A stretch of DNA of 47,287 nucleotides from a virus. Lineage: Duplodnaviria > Heunggongvirae > Uroviricota > Caudoviricetes. The stretch is taken from the IMG/VR virus record IMGVR_UViG_2870474514_000002; one strand, 5' to 3'. Positions 1 through 14,774 of this stretch are shown here, one piece after another. Below the pieces are notes generated by a model. The model was not told the origin of the DNA, did no database searches, and saw only the letters and a list, made by a program, of their open reading frames with translations. Position 1 is the first letter of the stretch, and each line of letters starts with the position of its first letter. The translations under genes were made by a program, and so were the position numbers.

Positions 1-207
1 CAGGCTGAATAAGAGCAGATCAAATTATATATAACTGTTCACAATAAGGTAAGTGAACGGAAGATACAGTAATAGCTATCAACATCACACGCATGCCCAG
101 GCAACTGGATTACATAACTATGTTTTTTGTAACTGGTTAGATTCTTCCGTTCAGCATTTATATTGTAAAAATAGCGCTCCCATATAGAACTATATTTTTA
201 CCCTATA

Positions 208-299
208 GGTGCAGCTGGCCACTCGATATCCGGCACTAAGGAAGTGCCAACACGACATCAGCAAGACCCGATATTTCTTCCATGCCGCCAGCAACGATG
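208..299 (-). pseudogene. Degenerate remnant of a tfa 3' end (second, non-functional copy)
   Basis: About 91 bp resembling 939..1029 (3' end of the intact tfa) in direct orientation. The minus-strand reading gives [14 protein letters not shown], then a frame disruption, then PDIEWPAAP. No upstream tfa body; flanks are AT-rich. Confidence 0.5.
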
Positions 300-901
300 T
301 TAAGGTTAAATTAATTATAACAAATATAATATAATTCCATCTTCGCATTAAATTTTAACCTTTAATCTCCACACGGAACAAGTTGCATGGGTGACTATAT
401 TAAGAAAACTTATAACAAATAGAAAATATTTACATTATAAACAAACCTAAAGTCATTGACTCTAAGATAATTCTGATCTATCGTTTTGGTAATTAACGTT
501 ACTTAGCAATCTTTCGAAATGAAGATACAAAGCAAATTGATTATCTTATTAAACATTATTTTTGCACTAATACTCTTTAAACTTTTAGCTCAAAAGTTTG
601 GTTTATACACCTTATTTTAAGATAAACAATATAGATAACATTAACGCTTTACAATGAACGACTTACACTATACTCAAGAAATATTATTTACTTATCTTCC
701 CTATTGCTATAAGTTAACATAGTGGCTTATGCCACTCTACTTTCATCATATTTTGTACGTTTATGTACTCGCCATGAAACTCTTTCATGGCGCTTTCTTA
801 TTCTCAATCCATAATCGTACTCTCTATCCTATTGCAAATCACGCCTCAACAAACTCATAACACATTTAAGTGATTATTACTAACTTACTCAAAAACAGAT
901 A

Positions 902-1510
902 TTATTCACAGGTGATGAGTTCTAATGAATTACACTTCGGTGCTGCTGGCCAATCAACATCAGGTGCAGTTGATGTATCAACACGGTTCAGCAACACCCG
1001 ATACTTCTTCCATGCTGCCAGCAACGACGCCTCTTCTTCCGTTGCGATCTCCAGATCCACAGCATCCTGAAGCGGCGCTATATGCTCACTGGCTACCTGC
1101 ATCAGGCTGTTTTTTGTTTCTTCCGCCTCCCGGATCCGGAACAGTTTTTCTGCTTCTGCATCTTTCACCCAGGCTGTGCCGTTCCACTTCTGAAACTCCC
1201 CTTCCGGGGATAACCAGGTGACATTTTCCGGTAATGGGCCAAGTTCAGAAATAAATAACGCGTCGCCGGAAGCCACGTCATAGACGGTTTTACCCCGATG
1301 GTCTTCAACGAGATGCCACGATGCCTCATCACTGTTGAAAACAGCCACGAAACCAGCCGGAATATCTGGCGGTGCAATATCGGTACTGTTTGCTGGCAGA
1401 CCTGTATGAGGCGGAATATATGCATCACCTTCACCAATAAATTCATTAGTTCCGGACAGCAGATTATAAATTGTTATGGTCCGTGGTTGTTCACTCATTC
1501 TGAATGCCAT
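902..1510 (-). CDS. tfaR: Tail fibre assembly protein (Tfa, lambda/Rac type)
   Basis: 202 aa ORF immediately downstream of stf. C-terminal [20 protein letters not shown] motif typical of Tfa chaperones. Start codon overlaps the stf stop. Confidence 0.85.
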   Translation of the reverse strand: MAFRMSEQPRTITIYNLLSGTNEFIGEGDAYIPPHTGLPANSTDIAPPDIPAGFVAVFNSDEASWHLVEDHRGKTVYDVASGDALFISELGPLPENVTWLSPEGEFQKWNGTAWVKDAEAEKLFRIREAEETKNSLMQVASEHIAPLQDAVDLEIATEEEASLLAAWKKYRVLLNRVDTSTAPDVDWPAAPKCNSLELITCE

Positions 1511-4500
1511 TATGCAAGCCTCACAATATAGTTAAATGCGATGTTTTTGACGGTGTTTTCCGCGTTACCAGCAGCGTTAACGGTGATGGTGTGTCCATGT
1601 GAGCCAATCGCAACAGAGTGCGTATGAGCACCAATACCGACAGTATGTGCGTGAGCACCTGCAGATGCAGCTGTGCCGCTGACACTATGAGTGTGCGCTC
1701 CTGCAGCACTTGTATTCACACTGGACGCAGACACTACCTTATGTACTGATCCATTTTGTGACCACTGGCTGACTGCTGATGCGCCTGTGACACTATGAGT
1801 ATGGTTTCCGGCACTTGCGGCTGTACCGCTCACACTGTGCGTATGTGCCCCGGTGTTATTCGTGGATTTAGTGCCGTAATCAAACGACGATGTGGTTTTC
1901 GTCCCCAAATCCGTACTGGATGCGCTGGCGCTGTGGGTGTGCGATTTAATGCCGTCCTGTTCCTGAGACAATACGGCCCGACCACTGGCAGGTTTGCCCT
2001 TAATCGTCCAGCCACGCATATCAGGGATCACGCCTGACGGATAAGCCGCTGCAAGTTTCGGGTATGCAGATTTGTCAAAAGTCTGCCCCTGCATCAGGGC
2101 ATAGCCAGACGGAACGGTATCTGATGGCCACGGGATTGGTGCGCCGACTGGGTAGCTTTCTGGTGGAAGATTTTTCGAGGTATAAACTTCTGCCCAGTCT
2201 TCCTCAAAACCATAGCCATCTCTTGAGGAACGGTAGAACAGACCTCCATTTCTGTAATGTGCCTTCATCTGCAGGGTCCGGCAACTTCCGACTCCGGTAT
2301 AGAAGTTAACCAGAATATAGCTGTCGCCAGAGCGGGTGACATTGTAAGCGCCTGATTCGGCATTCCATGGAACGCCCCCATCCGCATCGGCATACGTATC
2401 CGTTGCCCTTCTGGCAAAAGCAGCCACATGCGCGGCGGTTAAAGTAATATCTTTGGAACCATCAAACTCAACACCAGAAACCAGTCTTGGCGTTTGCAGC
2501 TTTGTTGCTGTTAATGCATTACCGTTCAGACTTGCGGACAGTTTGGTTCCAATAACCAGTTCGCCGGTTGCGTTATCAATAGCAAACGGTCTTAATGTAT
2601 TCCAGCCACCATAAACATCACCTTGATTGGTAAGCAGCAGGTAAGTTTTAGCGCCATCATTACGCCATAATGCACCATACTCCCCACCTATCATTCGAAT
2701 CTGATTACCACCACGCGCTACAATTTCGTCTGTGGCAAAAAGTTTTTTGCACGACAAGTTATCGTTAACGATTAACGAATGAGACTCATAAAAACCACGC
2801 CCACTCTTAAAATCAAGGATAACGTCCGCCGCGATACATTCAGTCGCTGGATTTGTTGCCCCAAACTTATAGGTCGTATCATTAACAACGAGATCAGCAC
2901 CAGGTGCGGATATTGACAGGCCATCTTCGATAAACGCAAAAACAGGGAAAGCAGCGCCATCAACATAGAACACAGAGCGCAAATCATCGCCCTTATTACT
3001 CATCATTATTGAGTGGATGGCTCGTTCATTGTTTTGATATTGCCAGAACATTCCATAAGCATAACGCCCCCTGTCAGTCCAGCCACCAGGCATAACAAAT
3101 CCGTTAAACTCGCAGTTATTCATCGGATCGCCTGCGGTTCGCGTTGCCGTGGTGATAATGACCCTTGATGCCAGTTCGCTTACTGAGCCAGCAGAACGCA
3201 TAACAACAACAGGGTAATATTTTCCAGATGTTGCACCTGCAGGAGCGTTAACCCGCACATAACGCATACCACGCTTATCAGCAAAGTCTGTTTTACTGAC
3301 CGCGTTAATGTTGTTCAGGAAGCGTCCCTTATCGGGTATATCAGCGCCGTTCTGGTCTTTCTGCAGACGTTTCTCTGCATTGTCATAGGCTGATTTTACT
3401 GCCTTTGGCGTTGCCGCCAGCGTTTCAGACGTGCTGTTGGTCGCACTGCTGAGCTGTACTATCCCCTTTTTCGTCGTACTTGCATCCTCAAGCGCCACGG
3501 CGGATGCAATATCCTCTGCCCGTTTTGCCGCTGTCTCGGCGCGCGTTGCCGCGGATTCTGCCGTACTTTTGCTCTGTGCTGCCGCCGTCGCACTGCCAGC
3601 TGCCTCTGTCGCCTTCGTGGATGCTGTCGTGGCGCTGCCCTTCGCTGCGGACGCTTGTCTGGTCGCCTCATCTTTTGAAGCAGACGCCGATGAGGCCGAT
3701 GACGCCGCCGAACTGGCGGACGATGCGGCAGCCGTTTTTGAGGATTCTGCGCTGGTTTCCGACGCTTTCGCGTTCGTCTCGGATGTCTTCGCTGCGGAAG
3801 CAGACCTCGCTGCTGCACTGGCCTGTTCAGTGGCTTCGCCAGCCTTCGTTGTGGCTGTTGAAGCGGACGATGCGGCGCTTTCTGCCGATTTTCCGGCGGC
3901 GCTAGCACTGGCTGAGGCCTGCCCGGCACTTGTTGACGCGGCACTGGCAGACGACGCAGCCGCTGTTTTTGAGCCTGCCGCAGCTGAGGCACTCTGTCCC
4001 GCTGCCGTTTCAGAAGACTTAGCGTTCGTCTCGGACGTTTTTGCCGCCTTCGCAGAATTTGCTGTCGCCGTTGCCGAGGAAGCTGCGCTGCTGGCGCTCG
4101 AGGCTGCGCTCGTTTCTGATGATTTTGCCGCCTCTTTTGAAGCTGACGCATCCCGGGCTGAGGTGGCAGCTTCTGACGCTTTCGTGGTCGCGGTGGATGC
4201 AGAAGTGGCTGCTGATTGTTGTGACTCTGCCGCATTCGTTTCTGACGTTTTCGCCGCAGCGGCACTGGTGGCCGCCGAGCTTTTTGAGGACTCTGCAGCG
4301 GCAGCACTTTTTGATGCTTCAGTGGCCTTTGTTGATGCCGTTCCTGCGCTGGAAGACGCTGACTGAGCCGACGACGCGGCCTGTCCGGCTGACGTGCTGG
4401 CTGCACGTGCTGAATCTGCAGCATCAGTCGCATGGGTTGCCGCCTCACGGGCAGATGTGCTGGCATCACTGGCTGACTTCTTCGCGGCTGCCGTGTTCTG

Positions 4501-4863
4501 TGCCACTGCGGACGCGTTACGCGCCACCTCTTCCACCATCAGTTCAAAACGTCGCAATGCCTCCGGACGGGCATCATCCTCCGTCATGGCACCGAGAAAA
4601 TCATTCAGCGTACCGGGTTGAGAATCTTCATACACGGTGATGGTCCCGGCATGTGACGGCGGGAATCCCTCCACCAACAGAATAACGCTGTACTGACCGT
4701 ACTCAACGTCCATGCTGTAACGCCCGGCTTCATCCGGATTTTCTGAGGCCACCGTGTTCACCACCACCGTGGTGCTGTTACGTTTTGCTTTCAGCTGGAT
4801 TGTGCAGTTCTGTACCGGTTTTCCTGTGCCGTCTTTCAGTACACCTGAAATCTTTACTGCCAT
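1510..4863 (-). CDS. stfR: Side tail fibre protein Stf
   Basis: About 1117 aa. N-terminus [26 protein letters not shown] is lambda Stf-like. Long Ala/Ser/Thr-rich central repeats. C-terminal His-rich GAHTHSVSG repeats typical of fibre receptor-binding tips. ATG at 4863 has a GGGGTG SD; the GTG at 4869 used by the ORF track is an alternative. Confidence 0.9.
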   Translation of the reverse strand: MAVKISGVLKDGTGKPVQNCTIQLKAKRNSTTVVVNTVASENPDEAGRYSMDVEYGQYSVILLVEGFPPSHAGTITVYEDSQPGTLNDFLGAMTEDDARPEALRRFELMVEEVARNASAVAQNTAAAKKSASDASTSAREAATHATDAADSARAASTSAGQAASSAQSASSSAGTASTKATEASKSAAAAESSKSSAATSAAAAKTSETNAAESQQSAATSASTATTKASEAATSARDASASKEAAKSSETSAASSASSAASSATATANSAKAAKTSETNAKSSETAAGQSASAAAGSKTAAASSASAASTSAGQASASASAAGKSAESAASSASTATTKAGEATEQASAAARSASAAKTSETNAKASETSAESSKTAAASSASSAASSASSASASKDEATRQASAAKGSATTASTKATEAAGSATAAAQSKSTAESAATRAETAAKRAEDIASAVALEDASTTKKGIVQLSSATNSTSETLAATPKAVKSAYDNAEKRLQKDQNGADIPDKGRFLNNINAVSKTDFADKRGMRYVRVNAPAGATSGKYYPVVVMRSAGSVSELASRVIITTATRTAGDPMNNCEFNGFVMPGGWTDRGRYAYGMFWQYQNNERAIHSIMMSNKGDDLRSVFYVDGAAFPVFAFIEDGLSISAPGADLVVNDTTYKFGATNPATECIAADVILDFKSGRGFYESHSLIVNDNLSCKKLFATDEIVARGGNQIRMIGGEYGALWRNDGAKTYLLLTNQGDVYGGWNTLRPFAIDNATGELVIGTKLSASLNGNALTATKLQTPRLVSGVEFDGSKDITLTAAHVAAFARRATDTYADADGGVPWNAESGAYNVTRSGDSYILVNFYTGVGSCRTLQMKAHYRNGGLFYRSSRDGYGFEEDWAEVYTSKNLPPESYPVGAPIPWPSDTVPSGYALMQGQTFDKSAYPKLAAAYPSGVIPDMRGWTIKGKPASGRAVLSQEQDGIKSHTHSASASSTDLGTKTTSSFDYGTKSTNNTGAHTHSVSGTAASAGNHTHSVTGASAVSQWSQNGSVHKVVSASSVNTSAAGAHTHSVSGTAASAGAHAHTVGIGAHTHSVAIGSHGHTITVNAAGNAENTVKNIAFNYIVRLA
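3460..4540. repeat. Low-complexity Ala/Ser/Thr codon tandem repeats inside stf
   Basis: Stf residues about 110-470 are repeated A/S/T/K/E units (for example [18 protein letters not shown]). The GC-rich repeats create long spurious ORFs on both strands (3431..4366 plus, 3459..4469 minus). Confidence 0.6.
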
Positions 4864-4872
4864 ATTCACCCC

Positions 4873-4900
4873 ACAAAAAAGCCCGCCTGAAGCGGCGGGC
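4873..4900 (-). terminator. Intrinsic terminator-like hairpin downstream of lom, just upstream of the stf start
   Basis: Stem GCCCGCC / GGCGGGC with a 6-nt loop (4881..4900), followed on the minus strand by TTTTTT (4875..4880). Confidence 0.5.
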
Positions 4901-4927
4901 TGTCATAACACTGTGTTACCTGGCTAA

Positions 4928-5527
4928 TCAGAATTTATAACCGACACCCACGATGAAACCGTCAGTGCGCCAGTCACCACTGCCGGAGCCTTCATAAGCA
5001 ATATCAATGGCCACGGATTCGGTCGGGTTAAACTGCACGCCAGCTCCCCACGCCAGAGACGTGTTGCTGTGGCGACCGTCATCACTTCCGGTCAGCACAT
5101 CGTGCGTTTTCCCCTTATTGTCAGTTACGCGGAGATAATCCCCGGAAAAAGTCGACACACGGCTGTAAGCCACACCCGCCATCGCATACGCGCTGAACCA
5201 TTCATTCACGCGCACAGACGGCCCCGCCATTACGCTGAACCAGCGGTTACGAACGGAATCTTCATGCCAGCGGGTATCGCTGTAATGGGTCAGCTGGCGA
5301 TTCTTGTCTCCTGCATAGCTGAATGACGTCACCATCCCCAGTGTGTCCGTAAACTCATAACGGTATTTCACGTTAATCCCGTTAAAATCATCGCTGCCGG
5401 GAACGTTCGTCGAGGCATGAAGATACCCCGCGCTCAGCGTGGACTGATGTTCAGACGCCCATGCAGGCGCACCGGATACGGCCAGACAAATGGCTGCGGA
5501 CAAAATGGCGGCATAAAGTTTACGCAT
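4928..5527 (-). CDS. lomR: Outer-membrane protein Lom (Ail/Lom beta-barrel family)
   Basis: 199 aa with signal peptide MRKLYAAILSAAICLAVSGAPAWA, alternating beta-strand pattern and a C-terminal GVGYKF ending in Phe. Sits between J and stf as in lambda. Confidence 0.9.
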   Translation of the reverse strand: MRKLYAAILSAAICLAVSGAPAWASEHQSTLSAGYLHASTNVPGSDDFNGINVKYRYEFTDTLGMVTSFSYAGDKNRQLTHYSDTRWHEDSVRNRWFSVMAGPSVRVNEWFSAYAMAGVAYSRVSTFSGDYLRVTDNKGKTHDVLTGSDDGRHSNTSLAWGAGVQFNPTESVAIDIAYEGSGSGDWRTDGFIVGVGYKF

Positions 5528-5550
5528 AATTACCTCTCGCTTTTCTGCAA

Positions 5551-5575
5551 TAAAAAAGGCGTCATTTCTGACGCC
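5551..5575 (-). terminator. Intrinsic terminator-like hairpin between J and lom
   Basis: Stem GGCGTCA / TGACGCC with loop TTTC (5558..5575), followed on the minus strand by TTTTTTA (5551..5557). Confidence 0.5.
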
Positions 5576-5593
5576 CGTTCTGGGTTATAAAAT

Positions 5594-8995
<3,402 letters not shown>

Positions 8996-9052
8996 TCACA
9001 CTCCATAAACGACAAAACCGCCCGCAGGCGGTTTCACATAAAACATTTTGCA

Positions 9053-9700
9053 TCAGCGACCAATCACCACAACCTGACCACCGTCCCCTTCGTCTGCCGT
9101 GCTGATCTCCTGAGAAACCACGCGTGACCCCACGCGCATTTCCCCGTACAGAACAGGCAGAACATTGCCCTGGGCAACCATGTTGTCCAGTGACGAGAAA
9201 TACGTGTTCTGCTTACCGTTATCCGTTGTTTGTGTGCGGGGAGTTCTGGGTTTAGGGGCCAGCATCTGGGCCACACCGCCAAGGATCATACTGGCCCCCG
9301 CACCATACATTCCTGTAATTGCGGCAGCCCCCAACCAACCTGCAGGGTTCCACCATGCCACCGCAATCAGCGCCGCCCCCAGCACAGCCTGAAAAAGACC
9401 GCCACTTTTGGCTCCCGCCAGACGCGGCACAATGTGGATCACGGCACCATTTGCCAGCGGTTCATTAAGACGGGCTGATAATTCAGTTTCACCTGCATCA
9501 CGCCCGGCAATGCGTACCTGATACCAGCCGTCGCTCAGTTTCTGACGAAACGCCGGAAGCTGTGTGGCCAGTGCCCGGATGGCTTCGGCCCCCGTTTTCA
9601 CACGCAGGTCGATGCGGCGGCCAAATCGTTGTAAATCCCCGTAAAGGCAGATTCGCGCCATGCCCGGTGACGCCAGAGGGAGTGTGTGCGTCGCTGCCAT
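9053..9700 (-). CDS. I: Tail assembly protein I
   Basis: 215 aa. N-terminus MAATHTLPLASPGMARICLYGDLQRFGRR and C-terminal NGKQNTYFSSLDNMVAQGNVLPVLYGEMRVGSRVV are typical of lambda gpI. The 5' end overlaps the K 3' end out of frame, so the start is uncertain. Confidence 0.8.
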   Translation of the reverse strand: MAATHTLPLASPGMARICLYGDLQRFGRRIDLRVKTGAEAIRALATQLPAFRQKLSDGWYQVRIAGRDAGETELSARLNEPLANGAVIHIVPRLAGAKSGGLFQAVLGAALIAVAWWNPAGWLGAAAITGMYGAGASMILGGVAQMLAPKPRTPRTQTTDNGKQNTYFSSLDNMVAQGNVLPVLYGEMRVGSRVVSQEISTADEGDGGQVVVIGR

Positions 9701-10341
9701 TTGTCGGTATACCTCTCTCGTTTGCTCAGTTGTTCAGGAATATGGTGCAGCAGCTCGCCATCACCACAGTAAATGGCGGCATGATTCGGCACCGATGAAC
9801 CAAAACAGCACAGCAGCACATCGCCCGGCTGCGCCTCTGTCAGTGCGACACGGTAAAAACCAGTCGCCTCCATATTGTCAAGATAGAGATTCTGACCGTT
9901 ACGCCACCAGTCATCCCCGCGATGAAAATCCGGCATCTCAATCCCCGCCAGATGATAAGCATCCCGGAACAGCGTGTAACAGTCCGTCACCCCGTGCTCA
10001 AAGCGACGCCCGGTGAGATGCGGCACACAGCGGAACTTGTGAATCTCACCCCGGCAGACCAGCCACCACGGCAAATCACTCTGCACCTGCAGCCGCCGGT
10101 CGGCCTCACTCAGCCAGGGCAGACCACCGGGGTGGCTGTGGACCAGCGCCACAATCTCACCCTGCATTTCTACCTGCAGCCAGTCTTCCGGCGACATACG
10201 GAAATACGCCTCCGGCTCACCGGAGATATTCACGCAGGGGAAATATCTTTCCCCCTCCGGCGTGCTTACCACGAAGCCGCACGACTCCGCTGGCGCACAT
10301 CGCCGGGCGTGCGCCAGAATCGCTGATTCTGCCTGTGTCAT
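9598..10341 (-). CDS. K: Tail assembly protein K (MPN/JAB plus NlpC/P60-like domains)
   Basis: 247 aa ORF with a JAB-type HSHPGG motif and a Cys/His C-terminal peptidase-like region, as in lambda gpK. The annotated start may be downstream (lambda K is recalled as shorter). Confidence 0.8.
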   Translation of the reverse strand: MTQAESAILAHARRCAPAESCGFVVSTPEGERYFPCVNISGEPEAYFRMSPEDWLQVEMQGEIVALVHSHPGGLPWLSEADRRLQVQSDLPWWLVCRGEIHKFRCVPHLTGRRFEHGVTDCYTLFRDAYHLAGIEMPDFHRGDDWWRNGQNLYLDNMEATGFYRVALTEAQPGDVLLCCFGSSVPNHAAIYCGDGELLHHIPEQLSKRERYTDKWQRRTHSLWRHRAWRESAFTGIYNDLAAASTCV

Positions 10342-10346
10342 GGGAT

Positions 10347-11045
10347 TTACTGCGAAAGTTTGTTAATGGAAAGGAAGCCGCCAAAGTTGCCGACGTTATT
10401 GCGGAACTTACAACCGCTCAGGCATTTGCTGCATTTATCCTTCGTGATATCGGACGTCGGCTGGTCATATTCATCCGCGACCGCCGGACCGTGATAACCG
10501 CACTCATCGCCGCGATAGGTCCAGGTGCAGGTGTTGGCCAGCATGATACGTCCCGGAAAAACAGCGCCGTCCGTTTCCGTCGGCGTGGACAGTACAAAAG
10601 AGGCACTCACCGCGCTCAGTTCGCTGCACTGCTCAATGCGCCAACGGCTGATCACCTCCTGCTCCGGATCGGCGTCACTGTTTCCGTTGACGAAGTTCAC
10701 CGCATCCAGAAAACGGGCGTAAACCTTACGCCTGACCACCGTTCCGCCGACCAGACTCTGCATATCTTCCACCATACCGGTAACCATACCGTACAGGTTA
10801 GAAACCGTCAGCGTGGGGCGCGTACTGGTGCCTTTGCCATTCAGTTCAAAACCACTCCCCTGAATGGGATACGGCTGATACTGTCGCCCCTGCCAGGTGA
10901 CCGGCTCACCTTTTTCGTTCTGCTCATTACAGAAAAAATAACGTTCTCCACCGACCTCTGTCAGATCGATTTCCCAGAGCACCACGCTGGCCGACTGCTC
11001 CGCACAGGTGCATTCATTCAGTGTTTCCTGCCGGATATCCTGCAT
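10347..11045 (-). CDS. L: Tail tip protein L
   Basis: 232 aa, the same length as lambda gpL, with a C-terminal Cys cluster (CSKCLSGCKF) like the gpL iron-sulfur region. Lies between M and K. Confidence 0.9.
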   Translation of the reverse strand: MQDIRQETLNECTCAEQSASVVLWEIDLTEVGGERYFFCNEQNEKGEPVTWQGRQYQPYPIQGSGFELNGKGTSTRPTLTVSNLYGMVTGMVEDMQSLVGGTVVRRKVYARFLDAVNFVNGNSDADPEQEVISRWRIEQCSELSAVSASFVLSTPTETDGAVFPGRIMLANTCTWTYRGDECGYHGPAVADEYDQPTSDITKDKCSKCLSGCKFRNNVGNFGGFLSINKLSQ

Positions 11046-11383
11046 CAGATCACCACTTCGTCAAACTGACACGAAAAATCGGTATAGGTGATATGTTCTG
11101 TCGCTGACCACGTTCGACACACCACTCTGATTTTTCTGTTAATACCAGGCGGGCGCCAAAAAAAAGATTTATAGCCTTCATGCCGGGCTAAAAATTTTTC
11201 AAATGAATCACGTTCATTCGCCTCAACTTTGAAATCACAGGTGAAAACGCGCAGAGAATGATTAAGTCCATTTGGACTTCGTTGCTCATAACCATCGCCA
11301 AATCTTACAGTTTTTATCGATGGTTTATTTTCTGTTTTCATTCCATCCTCTGGTAACCAGTGAAATTCTTCCGTATTAGCCAC
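11045..11383 (-). CDS. M: Tail tip protein M
   Basis: 112 aa ORF immediately after the tape measure, lambda gpM-like. Overlaps L by 1 nt and the tape measure by 8 nt. Confidence 0.85.
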
Positions 11384-14300
11384 TTAACATTCCCCCATCA
11401 CGTCGCATATTTAACAGATTGCCCTGCACCCGCTGATCAACCATCCCCATAAGTGCTTTTATTGCCTGAGGGCCAATCTCTCCATTCTGGCCGTCATTTT
11501 GAATAGTGATTTGGTATACAGGGGCATAGGTAATATCTCCGCCTCCATTACCACTTTTACTATTAATAGCTCTGACACCAAGAGAACCATCGGAAGTTCG
11601 TGTTAATGGCATAATGGCTTCCGGACCAGCCTCACCAAAAACACCAGCCCCTTTTGCAAAAGCAAAAAATTGCGGGGAATCATAAATACCGTTCGAATAC
11701 GTGTTCAATGACGGAGACTCATAAACACCGCCCTTTGCATTCGGAATAAATTTACTAATAGCACTCCCGATAGTTCCTAAAATCCCCCCCGAAGAACTGT
11801 TACTAATGCTGTCGAAAATCCCAGTAATTGAAGCCTTTAATGCTATTCGACTAAGATCCGAAATCACGGAAGTAGCGAAAGAACGAAAATTTGCCTTGCC
11901 TGTCGTGACAAAATCACCCAGCGCATCGGTCATTCCATCAAACATCTGAGTCGTGGTTGATTTTATCTGCTCACTGATATCCTTAGTGTCATCAAGCCAG
12001 TTATTGAATCCCTGGGAAGCACCACTAACCCAGTCTCCTGCCTGAATATCGAGCTGCTCGTTTTTCTTTCTGACAATTTCTTTTTCCCGTTCCAGAGCAT
12101 CATTCAGAGCCTGCATTTTCTCATGAAAAACATGATTTGACATCCCACGGGATTTATCTGCATAGTCACGTTCAAGTTGCAGACGCTGATTGTTATATTC
12201 ACGTTCAATCCGCAGTAATTCCTGCTGGCGTTGCTGATTTTTATCGCCAACCCCATAACCAGCAATCTGAATATCATACCCCTGCTGACGATTATCAATT
12301 GAAGCCTGCAATGAATCACGCCATGCAGCTATTTCGGCGGATTCCTTGATTAGCCTGTTATTTTTTTCAATCGCAACATTTTTCTCCATCAACGCGGTTA
12401 TTTCTTCCCGGTGTAAGAGAAGCGATTTCTGATCCTGGGTTAATTTCGATGACGGTCGTGACTCCAGGTCGGCAATCTGCTGACGCCACTTAACCAGTTC
12501 TTGTTCAGAGGAACTTAATTTAACGGTCAATTCAGCTTGTGAACTTAGTAACGCATTCTGTTGATTCAGATGATCAATCACTCGTTGGGCAGCATCATCC
12601 GAATAACCTTTCGCCTTTGGTTGCTTTGGATCTTTATAACGCTCATTTATTTGAGCGATAAGATTATTATATTCTTCCTTTGAATACTGATTCTTTAGCT
12701 TTTCCAGTTTTGCAAGTTCACTAGCTCTCTGCTGCTCCCGGGTCTGATATTGTTTTGAAAAAGCATCTGCTCTCTGTCTGAGTTCAATTCCTTCCTGTTG
12801 TCGCTTGTTGTAATCGTTTATTGATGAATTTAGTACGTCCTGAGCAATTTTTTCTGCTTGAAGTACGCCCAATTGCTGCTTTAATCGTGCCAGCTTTTTA
12901 TTTTGAGCTCCGCCATCTCCAATGCCACCTAACCCGAAAACTCCGGGTCGGGTATTTTTTTCTATTTCATCAATTTGACGGAGAACATCTGAGATTTTTT
13001 GATCAAGGGAGGCCTCACGGCCAATATCCAGCATGGAATCCCATGCCCATTTTGCGGAGTTTGCGACTGCTTTCCATGCAGTCTCAAGATAACCAAGATT
13101 TTCTTTAATCTGGTTGGTGCGCTGGATCATTGAGGATGAGTATGCTTCTGTCGCAATGCGGGCGGCCTCCTGCTGGTTCCCTTCATCCTGTAGCGCCTTA
13201 ATCTGGTTATAGGTCGCAATTGTCAGAAAATGGTACTGATCATTAAGTTTTGATATGGCACTGACAGGATCCTTTGCAATTTCATTGAAGTCATTAACCA
13301 GTTGTTCGGTTGATATTCCTGTTACTTCGCTCGTTTTTACTATCGCTGTCGTCACTTGCTCCAGCGAACTGCTCGCTACCTTTCCCGAACGCACAAGCTG
13401 GTTTAATACTGCCGCCGCAGCGCCAGTTGTCGAATCAGCCGCATTCCCGGCACGTTGAGCTATATCGCCCAATTGCCCGCTGGTTGTCCCCAACTGATTT
13501 CCGGTAAGAATAAGAGATTTATTAAATTCGTCCTGCTCCTGAGAGCCTTTATAGTAAGCCAGCCCTAAGACGCCAACGGCTGCTGCGGCCAGGGTAAAAG
13601 GATTAATTAATCCCAGCACATAAGAACCAACACCTTTGATCGCCGGGCCAATCCCACCGAACATATCTTTTAGCTGGCCGCCCTGCTGCATTAACACCAT
13701 AAATGGCGACTGACCAGTGGACAACCCAACAACAATATCCGTCATTTGTGCAGGCAACATGCGCATAGCAAAAGCCGTTTGTTTTGCCGACATTCCGGTT
13801 TTGCTTAATTGTGATTGAGTAACCTCAAGCTCACTCCGCATAGCACGAAGTTTTCCAGAAAGCTCCTCATACATTTCAGGAGAAAGCATCCCCTTAGCTT
13901 TTGCTTCATTGAGCTGTTTCTGTTGTTCTACCAGACGATTAAAAGCAGTTCCGACAGGATCAAGTTGAGCAATCAGACGCTGCAAAGCAACAACCTGTTC
14001 ATCATGCGCTTTTGCTGCTTCTCGCTCTGCCTGAGCCTCTCCGGTAAGCTCTCGCCGTGTTTCCTGTATTTTTCGGCTATAATTCTCAAACTGAGAACCA
14101 TTTATTTTCCCGGATGCAAACGCAGCATTAAGTTCATCATGCTGTTGTTCAAGATTTCTTAGCGCCGCAGCCAGAGGGTCGATCTTGTCCAGCATTCTTT
14201 GAAAGGCCTGAGCCTGCGCTTCCTGCTGGGCGGCAGCAAGTTTTCCGGCCTTCTCGGCTTCTCTCTGCGCTTGCGCAACCCCGCTCAATTCCTCTGTGGT

Positions 14301-14609
14301 TTCATTAAGTTTACGGACAAGAAATTCATATTCTTCTTTATCAATAAGCCCTTTATCGAAAAATTTCTTTAATTCAGAATAGCGTCGACCGACAGTATCA
14401 ATTGCGGCACCAACTGGATCAATAGCTGCTTTTAATTTTGCGAGCGCGTTCTTCTCATCTTCTGTTGCCTTAGTCACTTTCCCTGCGCTATTTGCAGCAG
14501 TTTCCCCAGCCTGCGTCATTTTGACTAATGAGGAGGTCAGATTGTCAGCATTATTTTTCGCTCCAGTGCTATCAATAATTATTGCGAGACGCGAGGTTTG
14601 CTCTGCCAT
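11376..14609 (-). CDS. Tail tape measure protein
   Basis: 1077 aa, coiled-coil rich, with a hydrophobic glycine-rich central segment ([39 protein letters not shown]). Sits between G-T and M. The N-terminal 250 aa contain three copies of a roughly 60-aa IDPVGxA...EEL repeat. Confidence 0.9.
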
Positions 14610-14623
14610 TTATTAAAACTCCT

Positions 14624-14653
14624 GACAACAAAAAACCCACCGCGAAGTGGGTT
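14624..14653 (-). terminator. Hairpin plus U-run about 15 nt upstream of the tape measure start (terminator or attenuator)
   Basis: Stem AACCCAC / GTGGGTT with loop CGCGAA (14634..14653), followed on the minus strand by TTTTGTTG. Confidence 0.35.
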
Positions 14654-14774
14654 TCAGGCGACATAATAGTAGATATAGCGATTACGAGGCCACGCAATGC
14701 TTTTCTCCAGGAGCATCATCGATTTAATTAAAGACACCATCACATCTCTGTAACAGAGTGTACGTAATTAACAA

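Noticed and set aside
3431-4469. Long ORFs on both strands inside stf (3431..4366 plus, 311 aa; 3459..4469 minus, 336 aa Arg/Gln/Pro-rich; 3480..3905 plus; 4041..4640 plus)
   Set aside because: They lie wholly within the Ala/Ser/Thr codon-repeat tract of stf. Their compositions (poly-Ala/Leu, or Arg/Gln/Pro) are what alternative frames of a GC-rich GCN repeat give. No start signals, and they would overlap a well-supported gene.
1510-4863. Diversity-generating retroelement or invertible segment acting on the tail fibre
   Set aside because: No reverse transcriptase gene, no template/variable repeat pair, and no invertase gene or inverted crossover sites are in the window. The only relevant signal is the direct tfa 3' repeat, which alone does not support an active switching system.
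10335-11069. Plus-strand 244 aa ORF antisense to L
   Set aside because: Completely overlaps the well-supported L gene on the opposite strand; no start signal; composition is unremarkable.
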